Assembly (NCBI GenBank): GCA_035697845.1 | Contig: DASSCI010000039.1 | Coordinates: forward strand, 4,590-68,589 | From: Candidatus Limnocylindria bacterium | GTDB lineage: Bacteria; Chloroflexota; Limnocylindria; QHBO01 | Reading direction: 5' to 3' | Length of the DNA stretch: 64,000 nucleotides | Shown: positions 29,335 to 38,102 of the stretch, piece after piece | Numbering within the stretch: position 1 is the stretch's first letter | Layout: every line of letters starts with the position of its first letter | The notes under the pieces: generated by a model | Seen by the model: the letters and a program-made list of their open reading frames with translations, nothing else | The model's database searches: none | What the model was told of the DNA's origin: nothing | Position numbers and translations under genes: made by a program

Positions 29335-30423
29335 TCAGCGGCCCGTGACGACGCCTCCGGCGAGCTCCCAGATGTCGGCCCGGGTCCCCTGGCCATCTCG
29401 CCCGCCGAACAGGAGGGCGCGCCCGCGGACGCCGTCACGGACCATCTCGGCGCCGGCCCGCCCCGGCGGCGCGGGGGCGACGGCCTCCAGCGCGACGGCA
29501 TCCGCCTCGCCGTCGACCAGGAGCCATAGGTCTCCGAGGTAGCCGCCGTCCGGGGCCTGGCCGCCGAACACGAGCGTTGCACCGTCGAGGCGTGCCCGCG
29601 CGTAGAGGTTGCGCTCGGGCGGCAGGGCGCCGTCGACCTGGCTCCAGCCCCCGCGGGAGAGCAGCCATCGGTCACCGAGGGCGGTGACGCCGGTCGTTTG
29701 ACCGGCGTACAGCGTGAGCTCGCCGGCATCGGTCCACCAGCAGCCGTGCAGGCAGCGCTCGACGGGTGCGGCGCCGTCCGGCGTCTCGTCGGCCCAGGCC
29801 TCGGCTGCGAAGTCGTAGGCGCGCGTATCGGCGAAGCGGGAGCCATCGGCGGTGAAGCCATGGCTGATCCAGAGGCGGCCGTCCGGTCCGACCGACGCAC
29901 AGGTGCCATATCGAGCGACCGGCACGTCGCCGCCGGCCGAAAGCAGGCGCCACGTCCCCGTCCCCGGCGAGAAAGCCCACAGATCGTCGAAGAAGCGCGA
30001 GCCGGCCTGCCCAGCGAAGATGACCAGCCCGACGCCCTCGACCCACGCGGCCTCGTGGCCGAATCGCGCCTCGGGACCCGGCGGCACGTCGAGCCTGGTC
30101 CATCCGTCGCTCTCGAGGTCGTACGTCCAGAGGTCGTCGTATACGGTCGCGCCGTCGCGCCCTCCGAAGAGGTACGCCAGCCGTCCGTCGCCGTCGACGG
30201 TCCAGGTGTGGTCCTCGCGCGACGGCGGTCCGACGACGTCGAGCTGCGTCCAGGTCATCGGTTCAGTCGCCGGGCCGGGCGGTGCGCTGGGTGGCGGTGT
30301 CGCTGTCGCCGTCGCCGCCGGCGATGCGGCGAGCGTCATGGTCGCCGAAGCCGATGGCTGCGCCGGTGCAGCGCAGGCCGTCAGCACGAGCGCATAGCCG
30401 ATCACCGTCGCCCGCTTCGACAT
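29335..30423 (-). CDS. Kelch-repeat beta-propeller lipoprotein
   Basis: Lipobox-like signal (ALVLTAC). Repeated Kelch-like blades (YLFGG..DLW.., ..LVIFAG..DLWAF.., LLFGGRDG..DIWEL). Confidence 0.7.
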   Translation of the reverse strand: MSKRATVIGYALVLTACAAPAQPSASATMTLAASPAATATATPPPSAPPGPATEPMTWTQLDVVGPPSREDHTWTVDGDGRLAYLFGGRDGATVYDDLWTYDLESDGWTRLDVPPGPEARFGHEAAWVEGVGLVIFAGQAGSRFFDDLWAFSPGTGTWRLLSAGGDVPVARYGTCASVGPDGRLWISHGFTADGSRFADTRAYDFAAEAWADETPDGAAPVERCLHGCWWTDAGELTLYAGQTTGVTALGDRWLLSRGGWSQVDGALPPERNLYARARLDGATLVFGGQAPDGGYLGDLWLLVDGEADAVALEAVAPAPPGRAGAEMVRDGVRGRALLFGGRDGQGTRADIWELAGGVVTGR

Positions 30424-30588
30424 GCGGGCAGGATGCCATGGCGCTCCAACATCGAGCATTCGACGTAGCTCCGACTGGACCGATGCGGCGGTGTCGGCAC
30501 CGCCGCCTGCCGGATGGCGCACGGACCGCCGCGCCTGACGATGAGGGCGTCATCCATCCGCAATCCTCCCTCAGGAGCCGCCCGCACC

Positions 30589-31980
30589 ATGGACACCGCC
30601 GTTACCCTGCGCTTCGCCTCCCAGCCCGTCGACCTCTCCGCCCTTGGCCGCGCACTCCGCGGACGGATCATCGAGGCCGGCGATCCCTCGTTCGACGATG
30701 AACGCCAGGTGTGGAACCTCGCCCACTCCGCCCAGCCGCTGGCGATCGTCCGAGCCGCCGATGCCCGAGACGTTGCCACCGCAGTCGGGTTCGCTCGCCG
30801 CAACGGCATCGAGATCGCGGTCCGCAGCGGCGGCCACAGCCTTGCCGGCCATAGCACCGGCGACGGCGTGCTGGTCATCGACCTGCGCGACCTGCGTGGC
30901 CTGCACATCGACCCGGCCGCAGGGATGGCGTGGGCGGGCGCCGGCCTGACTGCTGGCGAGTACACGGCCGCCGTGGCTGAGCACGGTTTGGCGACGCCAT
31001 TCGGTGACACGGGCTCTGTCGGCCTGGGCGGCATCACCCTGGGCGGCGGCATCGGCTGGCTGGCGCGCAAGCATGGCCTGACGATCGACTCGCTGCTGTC
31101 CGTCGAGATGGTGCTCGCGTCCGGCCAGATCGTGACCGCTTCGGAATCGGAGAACGCTGACCTGTTCTGGGCCGTCCGGGGCGGCGGCGGCAACTTCGGG
31201 ATCGTCACCCGCTTCTGCTATCGGCTGCATCCCGTCGACCAGATCCTTGGTGGCGCGCTCGTCCTGCCACCCACGCGCGACGTGCTCCGCAGCCTGGTGC
31301 CGATCGCGGCCGCGGCTCCTGACGAGCTGACCACGATCGCCATGATCATGCCCGCGCCGGCGCATCCGGCGATGCCCGAGGAGCACCACGGCCGCTTGAG
31401 CCTGGTCCTCATGTTCGTCTACGCCGGGGACCCTGAGGCCGGTCGTGCCGCCATCGCGCCGTTCATGGCCGTCGCCGAGCCGTACGGGGTGCTGGCCTCG
31501 CCGATGCCGTATCCGGGCATCTACGAGCTGACGGCGGGCGGCGCAGCACGCCATGCCAGCACCACGCGTTCGGTCTTCATGAGGACGCTGGACGACGCGT
31601 CGGTCGATGCGATGATGGCGGCGATCGACGTGATCCCGGCGGGCTCGATGATCCAGCTGCGCGTGTTCGGTGGCGCGATGTCACGCGTCCCGGCGACCGC
31701 CACCGCGTTCGCTCACCGCGATGCGGCGGTCCAGGTCAGCGTCATGTCGGCGTTCGTGGATGAGGCATCTGCCCCCGCGGCGGTCGCCTGGAACCGCGGC
31801 CTGTTCGCCGCACTGGAGCCGAAATCCACCGGCGTCTACGCGAACTTCCTCGAAGACGAAGGCGACGCGCGCATCAGAGCCGCCTATCCCGCCGGCGCTT
31901 ACGAGCGCCTGGCCGAGATCAAGCGCCGATACGACCCGGCCAACGTGTTCCATCGCAACCAGAACATCGCGCCGCGCTGA
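30589..31980 (+). CDS. FAD-linked oxidase (PCMH-type FAD-binding, BBE/vanillyl-alcohol-oxidase-like)
   Basis: FAD-binding segment RSGGHSLAGHSTGDGVLVIDL...GAGLTAGEY...GSVGLGGITLGGGIGWLARKHGL and an ADLFWAVRGGGGNFGIVT motif. Confidence 0.8.
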   Translation: MDTAVTLRFASQPVDLSALGRALRGRIIEAGDPSFDDERQVWNLAHSAQPLAIVRAADARDVATAVGFARRNGIEIAVRSGGHSLAGHSTGDGVLVIDLRDLRGLHIDPAAGMAWAGAGLTAGEYTAAVAEHGLATPFGDTGSVGLGGITLGGGIGWLARKHGLTIDSLLSVEMVLASGQIVTASESENADLFWAVRGGGGNFGIVTRFCYRLHPVDQILGGALVLPPTRDVLRSLVPIAAAAPDELTTIAMIMPAPAHPAMPEEHHGRLSLVLMFVYAGDPEAGRAAIAPFMAVAEPYGVLASPMPYPGIYELTAGGAARHASTTRSVFMRTLDDASVDAMMAAIDVIPAGSMIQLRVFGGAMSRVPATATAFAHRDAAVQVSVMSAFVDEASAPAAVAWNRGLFAALEPKSTGVYANFLEDEGDARIRAAYPAGAYERLAEIKRRYDPANVFHRNQNIAPR

Positions 31981-31999
31981 TCGGCCCGGCGAGCGCGGC

Positions 32000-32026
32000 A
32001 ACGGCCCGGCGATGTGCCGGGCCGTT
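32000..32026. terminator. Putative bidirectional rho-independent-like hairpin (11-bp GC-rich stem, 5-nt loop)
   Basis: AACGGCCCGGC-gatgt-GCCGGGCCGTT is a perfect inverted repeat. It lies between the FAD oxidase stop and the tRNA-Gly 3' end. There is no U-tract. Confidence 0.4.
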
Positions 32027-32040
32027 CGTGCGTGATCAAG

Positions 32041-32116
32041 TGGAGCGGGAAACGGGTCTCGAACCCGCGACCTTCTGCTTGGGAAGCAGACGCTCTGCCA
32101 ACTGAGCTATTCCCGC
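32041..32116 (-). tRNA. tRNA-Gly (anticodon CCC)
   Basis: Reverse complement GCGGGAATAGCTCAGTTGGCAGAGCGTCTGCTTCCCAAGCAGAAGGTCGCGGGTTCGAGACCCGTTTCCCGCTCCA. Cloverleaf with anticodon loop UUCCCAA, very similar to known tRNA-Gly. Confidence 0.9.
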
Positions 32117-32237
32117 GCCAGCCGATCGTAGCGGACGAGCGCGCCCTCAGTCCATCGGCCCAGTGGATTTGCGCATGGACATGCCAGACGCCGGGGGGTA
32201 GGTCCCGGCGTCGGCTGGTCGCTGTCGAGTGGAAGGC

Positions 32238-32510
32238 CTAGCGGATCAGGGTCACCCCACCGCCCTGGGCATGGCTCGGGGAGGCTGCGACGGTTCCGAC
32301 GGTGCCGGCGGCGACGGCCGCCATCAGGGCCACGCCAGCCAGGCCGGCCGCCAGCCGCCGAGCTGTCAGTGAGCGGAACGCGTCGCGATTGAACGGTCGC
32401 GCATGCTCGTGGCGGTCCTTCTGGACCATGCGGATGCGGGCCGCGTGATCGAGTCGCTCGCCGTACGTCTGCTTGGCCAGGTGATAGCTGGTGGTGTTCG
32501 GTCCGAGCAT
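32238..32510 (-). CDS. Hypothetical small protein with C-terminal TM
   Basis: Only ORF evidence; weak. Confidence 0.2.
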   Translation of the reverse strand: MLGPNTTSYHLAKQTYGERLDHAARIRMVQKDRHEHARPFNRDAFRSLTARRLAAGLAGVALMAAVAAGTVGTVAASPSHAQGGGVTLIR

Positions 32511-32623
32511 TGAAGTGTCTCCTTCGAGCTGGAGTGGTTGGCTCGTCGTCGTTGGAGGAATGCTCGCCCCGAGCGGGCCGAATCGGTGATCAACGGGCCG
32601 ACAGGAGGCCGGTCAACCTGCCG

Positions 32624-33424
32624 ATGCGCTCCCTGTCGGCCCAGCCGCGCATGCGCTGTCGTACGCGCGACACCTTGACGCCGAGCGCGCTGACGGGGGA
32701 GAGTGTCCGCGCGTACGAGGGTGCCTGCGTGCTCGACCATTCCGTCGCGATCGACCTGCTGCGCCGATGCGCGCTCTTCGCGCACGCGTCGGACGACGGC
32801 CTTCGTGCGCTGGCTGGCCAGATGCGGCGCCGCCGGTATCGGCGCAACGAGGTGATCTTCCACCAGGGAGACATCGGCGATTCCTTCCACGTGGTTGCTG
32901 CCGGCGCGGTCAAGATCGTGCTCCCGTCGGCCGAGGGCGACGAGGCAATCATCGCCAGCCTCAAGCCGGGCGACTTCTTCGGCGAGCTGGCGCTGCTCGA
33001 CAGCTCACCGCGCTCGACGACCGCGACGGCCATCGAGGTGACGGAGACGCTGACGCTTCCCCGTGAGCACTTCCTGCACCTCCTCCAGGACGATCCGGAG
33101 CTCGTCCGCGCCCTGCTGCGAGCGCTGGCCGAGGAGCTGCGCCGCCTCACGGGGCACGTGGAGGAGCTGCACTTCCTGGATCTCGCAGGGCGGTTGTCGA
33201 TGCGCCTGGTCCGCCTTGCCCGCGACGCCAACCCCGACGCCACCGGCCGCTGCGAGCTCGACTGGCCGTTCACCCAGTCTGACCTGGCTGCAATGATCGG
33301 CGGGACGCGCCAGAGCGTGAACAAGCTGCTCAGCGGCCTCGTCGAGGATGGGCTGATCAGCATCGAGCGCGACACCCTCGTCATCAACGACGTGCTCCAG
33401 CTCGAGCGTCATGGAAGCCGATGA
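32624..33424 (+). CDS. Crp/Fnr family transcriptional regulator (cNMP-binding + HTH)
   Basis: cNMP-binding motif (GDFFGELALLDSSPRSTTATA) and C-terminal HTH (QSDLAAMIGGTRQSVNKLLSGL). The start is uncertain; the track ORF begins at 32510. Confidence 0.8.
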   Translation: MRSLSAQPRMRCRTRDTLTPSALTGESVRAYEGACVLDHSVAIDLLRRCALFAHASDDGLRALAGQMRRRRYRRNEVIFHQGDIGDSFHVVAAGAVKIVLPSAEGDEAIIASLKPGDFFGELALLDSSPRSTTATAIEVTETLTLPREHFLHLLQDDPELVRALLRALAEELRRLTGHVEELHFLDLAGRLSMRLVRLARDANPDATGRCELDWPFTQSDLAAMIGGTRQSVNKLLSGLVEDGLISIERDTLVINDVLQLERHGSR

Positions 33425-33528
33425 GTGTCGCGCAGGCGACAGCCAGAGTGTCGGATCAGTGCTTCGGCGAGCGCACCGGGCACCGTAGGATCAGCCACAT
33501 TGCGGTCGATGCTGCCAGCTAGGAGGCA

Positions 33529-33921
33529 ATGAACGATATGGACAGATTCCGGCGGCGACCGCCGATGGAAGGGTTCTCGCGCCCGGGTTCGCTGGGCGGC
33601 GAGGCATACGATGACGACTCAGTGGAGGGTCACATGATGGACGACGATCGCACCCAGGACATCGACACCGAGGGCCACGCCTTCGTCCGCCGCGCGGATG
33701 AGAGCGACGACACCGAGGGTCACGCGTTCACCCGTCGCGCGGACGACAGCGACGATACCGAGGGCCACGCCTTCACCCGCCGAGCGGATGATGACGAGGA
33801 CACCGAGGGCCACGCGTTCACGCGTCGAGCCGACGACGAGGACGACACGGAAGGTCACGCCGGCTGGCTGAAGGCCACCGACGAGGACGACACAGAGGGC
33901 CACGTCTCCAAGATCAAGTAG
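33529..33921 (+). CDS. Small acidic tandem-repeat protein: six copies of a ~15-aa unit D-[DE]-x-D-T-E-G-H-A-F-[TV]-R-R-A-D
   Basis: Protein is MNDMDRFRRRPP...DTEGHAFVRRADESDDTEGHAFTRRADDSDDTEGHAFTRRADDDEDTEGHAFTRRADDEDDTEGHAGWLKATDEDDTEGHVSKIK. The 45-bp DNA repeats differ at synonymous positions. AGGAGG RBS upstream; the start may be ATG 33529 or 33538. Confidence 0.6.
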   Translation: MNDMDRFRRRPPMEGFSRPGSLGGEAYDDDSVEGHMMDDDRTQDIDTEGHAFVRRADESDDTEGHAFTRRADDSDDTEGHAFTRRADDDEDTEGHAFTRRADDEDDTEGHAGWLKATDEDDTEGHVSKIK

Positions 33922-33931
33922 CCACCCGCGC

Positions 33932-34711
33932 GTGGCACAAGATCCCCCAGTGGATGCCGCGATCGCCGCGCTTGTCGCGGCATCGCGGCGTTCCGCCGTT
34001 GGACGACGGCTGCAGGGCGACGTCGAGACCCGTCTCCTCCAGAGCATCGTCGACGCGACCGTGCGACTGTTCGATGCCGAGGCGGCCTCGATTGCGCTTT
34101 TCGAGCCGGATCCGGACCGGCTCGAGTTTCGTGTTGCCGCCGGCGAGCAGGGCGCGGGAGCGATCGGCCTGTCCGTTCCTCCCACCCAGGGCATCGTCGG
34201 CTTCGTCTACTCGACCGGCCAGGCGCTCGCTCTCTCCGACGTCGCCAACGATCCGCGCTTCAACCGGGATGCGGCGGAGCAGACGGGCTACGTGCCTCGC
34301 TCGATCGCCGCGGCCCCGCTGCTCGACGAGAACGGGACGCAGGGCGTCCTGCAGGTGCTCGACAAGCACTCGTCGGCGACCTTCTCACTGCGCGACATGG
34401 AGCTGCTGGCCGTCTTCGCGCGACAGGCGACCGTTGCCATCGCCGCCACCCGGGTCCAGCGCGACACCGCCCGTCTCCTGCGCGGCGTGCTGGCCGATCT
34501 CGCTCCGGACCTGACGGACGAGCAGGCCGAGGCCGCCGTATCGGCGGCGACGCAGGGGCTCGACGCAGAGGACGAGCCCTTCTGGAGTCTGGTCGACCAG
34601 ATCGCCCGACTTCGCGGGCTCAGCGACCGCGAGACGAGCCTGGTCTCGGCCATCCTGGAAACCGTGGCGGCTCACGCGGAGCGAACGCAGCGCGGCCGCA
34701 TCGGTCGATGA
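33932..34711 (+). CDS. GAF domain-containing protein
   Basis: GAF-like core (GIVGFVYSTGQALALSDVANDPRF...SIAAAPLLDENGTQGVLQVLDK). GTG start. Confidence 0.75.
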   Translation: MAQDPPVDAAIAALVAASRRSAVGRRLQGDVETRLLQSIVDATVRLFDAEAASIALFEPDPDRLEFRVAAGEQGAGAIGLSVPPTQGIVGFVYSTGQALALSDVANDPRFNRDAAEQTGYVPRSIAAAPLLDENGTQGVLQVLDKHSSATFSLRDMELLAVFARQATVAIAATRVQRDTARLLRGVLADLAPDLTDEQAEAAVSAATQGLDAEDEPFWSLVDQIARLRGLSDRETSLVSAILETVAAHAERTQRGRIGR

Positions 34712-35556
34712 CGTCGTCCGAGCTCCCGGCCTGGTCCGAGCCGTTCACCAACCGCCGGCGCGAGCTTCGCCGACGCCTCCGGGTCAAGGGCGTCACGCGT
34801 GATTGGGCCTGGGGCGGGGCGACCGGGGCCGGCGTCCGGGTTGGCATCATCGACTCGGGGCTCGAGAACGCACATCCGAGGCTCCGCGGACGCGTCGCCG
34901 AGAACGTCACGGTCGAGATGACCGATGACGGTCCAAGGGTCGTGCCGGACGACCCGATCGACATGTTCGGACATGGCACTGCGTGCGGCGACATCATCCT
35001 CTCGCTCGCTCCCGACGTGGAGCTCGTCAGCATCCGGGTCCTTGGCGCCGACCTGCGCGGCAAGGGAACCGCCTTCGCCGCCGGGCTGGAGTGGGCCCTC
35101 GAGCATGACATCCAGGTCTGCAACCTGAGCCTGTCGTCGAAGAGCGAGTCGCTGTACCCGGTCTTCCACGACCTGGCCGATCGCGCCTACTTCCAGTCGA
35201 TGGCGCTCATCAGCGCCGCCAACAACGTGCCGGCGCCGAGCTATCCGTCCCTGTTCAGCTCGGTCTTCTCGGTGGCCGCTCACGCCGAGCCGGACCCGTG
35301 GCGCATCTACTACAACCCGGCGCCTCCGGTCGAGTTCGGCGCGTGGGGCGTGGACGTGCCGATCGCCTGGAAGGACGGCGGCTCCACGGTGGCCACTGGC
35401 AACAGCTTCGCCGCGCCGCACGTGGCGGGGCTGGTGGCGCTGATCCTCTCGAAGCACCCGGGCCTGAGCCCGTTCGAGGTGAAGGCCATCCTGGCCAGCG
35501 TGGCCGACAACCCCGGACGGCGACATCCGTGGCGTCGGCGCGTGTCCGCTCCGTGA
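34708..35556 (+). CDS. S8 family (subtilisin-like) serine peptidase, no signal peptide (cytoplasmic)
   Basis: Catalytic triad motifs VGIIDSG (Asp), HGTACGD (His) and GNSFAAPHVAG (Ser). ATGA overlap with the GAF gene. Confidence 0.8.
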   Translation: MTSSELPAWSEPFTNRRRELRRRLRVKGVTRDWAWGGATGAGVRVGIIDSGLENAHPRLRGRVAENVTVEMTDDGPRVVPDDPIDMFGHGTACGDIILSLAPDVELVSIRVLGADLRGKGTAFAAGLEWALEHDIQVCNLSLSSKSESLYPVFHDLADRAYFQSMALISAANNVPAPSYPSLFSSVFSVAAHAEPDPWRIYYNPAPPVEFGAWGVDVPIAWKDGGSTVATGNSFAAPHVAGLVALILSKHPGLSPFEVKAILASVADNPGRRHPWRRRVSAP

Positions 35557-37169
35557 GCCTGCTTCGGACCTACCTCGACCTCTTCCGCCGCAACGGTGCG
35601 CTCTCGCGCCTGCTGGCAGGCGAGTTCGTGTCGGGCATCGGCGACTGGCTGTATCTCGTGGCGGTCCTCGTCGTCGTCTACGCCGACAGCAACTCGCCGG
35701 TGCTCCTCGGCATCGTGGGCGCCGCGCGGATCCTGCCGTACGTGCTGCTGTCCGTTCCGGCCGGCATCGTCGCCGACCGCTTCGACCGGCGGATGGTCCT
35801 GTTGGTGACCGACGTCGCCCGCGGCGTCCTGATGCTCGTGCTGGTCGGTGCGGTGATGGTCGATGCTCCGACCCTCGTGATCGTGGCGGTGTCCATCCTG
35901 GCGGCCTGCTTCTCGACCTTCTTCGGCCCGGCCATCGCTGCGCTGGTGCCGACGATCGTCGATGAGCGCGACCTCGGAATCGCCAACAGCGCGTGGGCCA
36001 CGCTCGACAACGTCGCCTTCATCGTGGGGCCCGCGCTCGCGGGGCTCCTGCTCGCCGGCGGAGGGCTGGAGATCGCCTTCCTGCTCAACGCCGTCTCGTT
36101 CGCCGTCGTGGCCGTCGTGCTCTGGCAGCTGCCGATTCCACGCACGGCCGACGTGGTGGTGAGCCCCGAGGACGAGCAGCCGGCATCGGCCTCCTGGCGC
36201 GATCTCGTTCGGCCCCTGGCGGGCCCCTTCATCCTCGACTCGACCACCAGCATCGTCGGAGGCGGCCTGGGCGTGCTGACGGTCGTCATCGCCATCGACG
36301 TGCTGGGCGCGGGCGATGCCGGGACCGGCTACCTGAATGCCGCCATCGGCGTCGGCGGAGTCGTGGCGGGCATCGCCGGAGGTGCGCTCCTCGCACGCAG
36401 GCTGAGCGTGCCGCTCCTGCTGGGCGGCCTCGCCGGAGGTGTCGGCCTCGCGTGGCTCGCGCTGACCGGTGATCTCCTGACCGCCATGCTCGCCATCGGC
36501 GTCGCCGTGGCCGGGCTGCTGCTCCTCGACGTGGTCAACACCACGCTCATCCAGCGCATCGTTCCCGATGCGCTCCGCGGACGCGCCGTGGGCGCGATGC
36601 AGACCAGCTCATCGGTCCTGTATGCCGCCGGCTCGCTGGTCATGCCGCTGCTGGCGGACGCGCTGGGCGTGCCCGTGGTGCTGATCGGCGCAGCGGTCAT
36701 CATGGCCGCCGGCGCAATCCTGGCCCTGGTGCTCAGCGGGAGCCAGGAGGAACCCGCGGCCGTCGATGCCTCGCGCATCCGGTTGCTGGAGCGGCCGATC
36801 TTCGCCGGGCTTCCGCCAGCTCGCATCGAGGCAGCCGCACGAGGACTGGTCCCCGTGCCGGTTGATGCGGGCGAGGCCGTCGTTCGCCAGGGCGAGGCGG
36901 CCGACCGCTTCTACGTGATCGATTCCGGAGAGCTGCGCGTCACGCAGGTCAGCGACGGTGACGTCCATTTCCTGCGTGATCTCGGCCCGGGCGACGTCTT
37001 CGGCGAGATCGGCCTGCTGCGAGGAGTGCCCCGCACGGCGACCGTCACGGCCAGCACTCCCGCCGTGCTCTACGCCCTCGACGCCGCGGCCTTCGGTGAG
37101 CTGGTTGGCTCCGGGCCTGGATTGAGCTCGCGGCTGCTCGATCTGTACCGGGGCGCGCTCAGCCGTTGA
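35553..37169 (+). CDS. MFS transporter fused to a C-terminal cyclic-nucleotide-binding domain
   Basis: ~12 TM helices followed by a cNMP-binding domain (FYVIDSGELRV...GPGDVFGEIGLLRGVPRTATVTA). GTGA overlap with the S8 peptidase stop. Confidence 0.75.
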   Translation: MSLLRTYLDLFRRNGALSRLLAGEFVSGIGDWLYLVAVLVVVYADSNSPVLLGIVGAARILPYVLLSVPAGIVADRFDRRMVLLVTDVARGVLMLVLVGAVMVDAPTLVIVAVSILAACFSTFFGPAIAALVPTIVDERDLGIANSAWATLDNVAFIVGPALAGLLLAGGGLEIAFLLNAVSFAVVAVVLWQLPIPRTADVVVSPEDEQPASASWRDLVRPLAGPFILDSTTSIVGGGLGVLTVVIAIDVLGAGDAGTGYLNAAIGVGGVVAGIAGGALLARRLSVPLLLGGLAGGVGLAWLALTGDLLTAMLAIGVAVAGLLLLDVVNTTLIQRIVPDALRGRAVGAMQTSSSVLYAAGSLVMPLLADALGVPVVLIGAAVIMAAGAILALVLSGSQEEPAAVDASRIRLLERPIFAGLPPARIEAAARGLVPVPVDAGEAVVRQGEAADRFYVIDSGELRVTQVSDGDVHFLRDLGPGDVFGEIGLLRGVPRTATVTASTPAVLYALDAAAFGELVGSGPGLSSRLLDLYRGALSR

Positions 37170-37181
37170 TCCTCGCGCACG

Positions 37182-38102
37182 TCAGGCGGCGAGGTCACCG
37201 GTGAGCATGCGCCGATAGGAGTCGTAGCGCGCCTCGCTCACCGCGCCGGCCTCCACCGCTGCCCGCAGCCCGCAGCGCGGCTCATGCAGGTGGCTGCAGT
37301 CGTTGAAGGCGCAGTTTCCCAGGTGCTCGCGAAACTCGGGGAAGCACCAGGCCAGCTCGCTGGGCGGGATCTCCCACAGGCCGAGCTCACGAATGCCCGG
37401 CGTGTCGGCGACGTACCCACCACCCGCGAGCGCATGCAGCTCCGCGTGGGTGGTGGTGTGCTTGCCCTTGCCGGCGAGCACCTGCGAGACCTCGCCGGTC
37501 GCCAGCTGCAGGCCGGGTTGGATGGCATTCAGGAGCGTCGACTTGCCCACGCCGGACGGCCCGGTGACGATCGACAGCTTGCCGGCCAGCCGCGCGCGCA
37601 GCTCCTCGACGCCCATGCCCGTCTTCGCCGACGCGTAGACGACCTCGTAGCCGATCTGTGCATAGCCGCCGAACAGCCGCTGCGCCTCCGCCTCGCCGAC
37701 GAGGTCGACCTTGTTGGCCACGAGCAGCACGGGCACCTCGTTGTATTCCGTCACCACCAGGAACCGATCCACGAGCCGCGGATTGGGCGGCGGTCGATCG
37801 CACGCGAACACGACGGCCACCAGGTCCGGATTGGCGACCATCACGTCCTCGCGCCACGACCCGCGCGGCCCGGGCTGCCGGCGGCTGAACCGCCGCTCTC
37901 GAGGCTCGACGGCGTCGATGGCGCCGGTCCCATCCGCCAGGCGCTCGACGCTCACGCGGTCGCCGATGACCGCGAGGTCGGACGCCTGGCGCTCCTTCTT
38001 GACCCGGCCGCGCAGGCGCGCCTCCACGAGGTCACCTTCGTCGGTCAGCACGGTGTAGAAGCCGGATCGGGCTCGCAGGACGACCCCGCGGGTGCGGCTC
38101 AT
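37182..38102 (-). CDS. rsgA: Ribosome small-subunit-dependent GTPase A
   Basis: Circularly permuted GTPase motifs (NKVDL...GPSGVGKSTLLN...DTPG) and a C-terminal zinc-binding Cys cluster (CAFNDCSHLHEPRC). Start at MSRTRGVV. Confidence 0.85.
   Translation of the reverse strand: MSRTRGVVLRARSGFYTVLTDEGDLVEARLRGRVKKERQASDLAVIGDRVSVERLADGTGAIDAVEPRERRFSRRQPGPRGSWREDVMVANPDLVAVVFACDRPPPNPRLVDRFLVVTEYNEVPVLLVANKVDLVGEAEAQRLFGGYAQIGYEVVYASAKTGMGVEELRARLAGKLSIVTGPSGVGKSTLLNAIQPGLQLATGEVSQVLAGKGKHTTTHAELHALAGGGYVADTPGIRELGLWEIPPSELAWCFPEFREHLGNCAFNDCSHLHEPRCGLRAAVEAGAVSEARYDSYRRMLTGDLAA

Noticed and set aside
33529-33921. Interpreting the 45-bp tandem repeats as a non-coding VNTR/minisatellite
   Set aside because: Repeats are in frame, preceded by an AGGAGG RBS, maintain an ORF to a stop codon, and differ mostly at synonymous sites. 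They are treated as coding.
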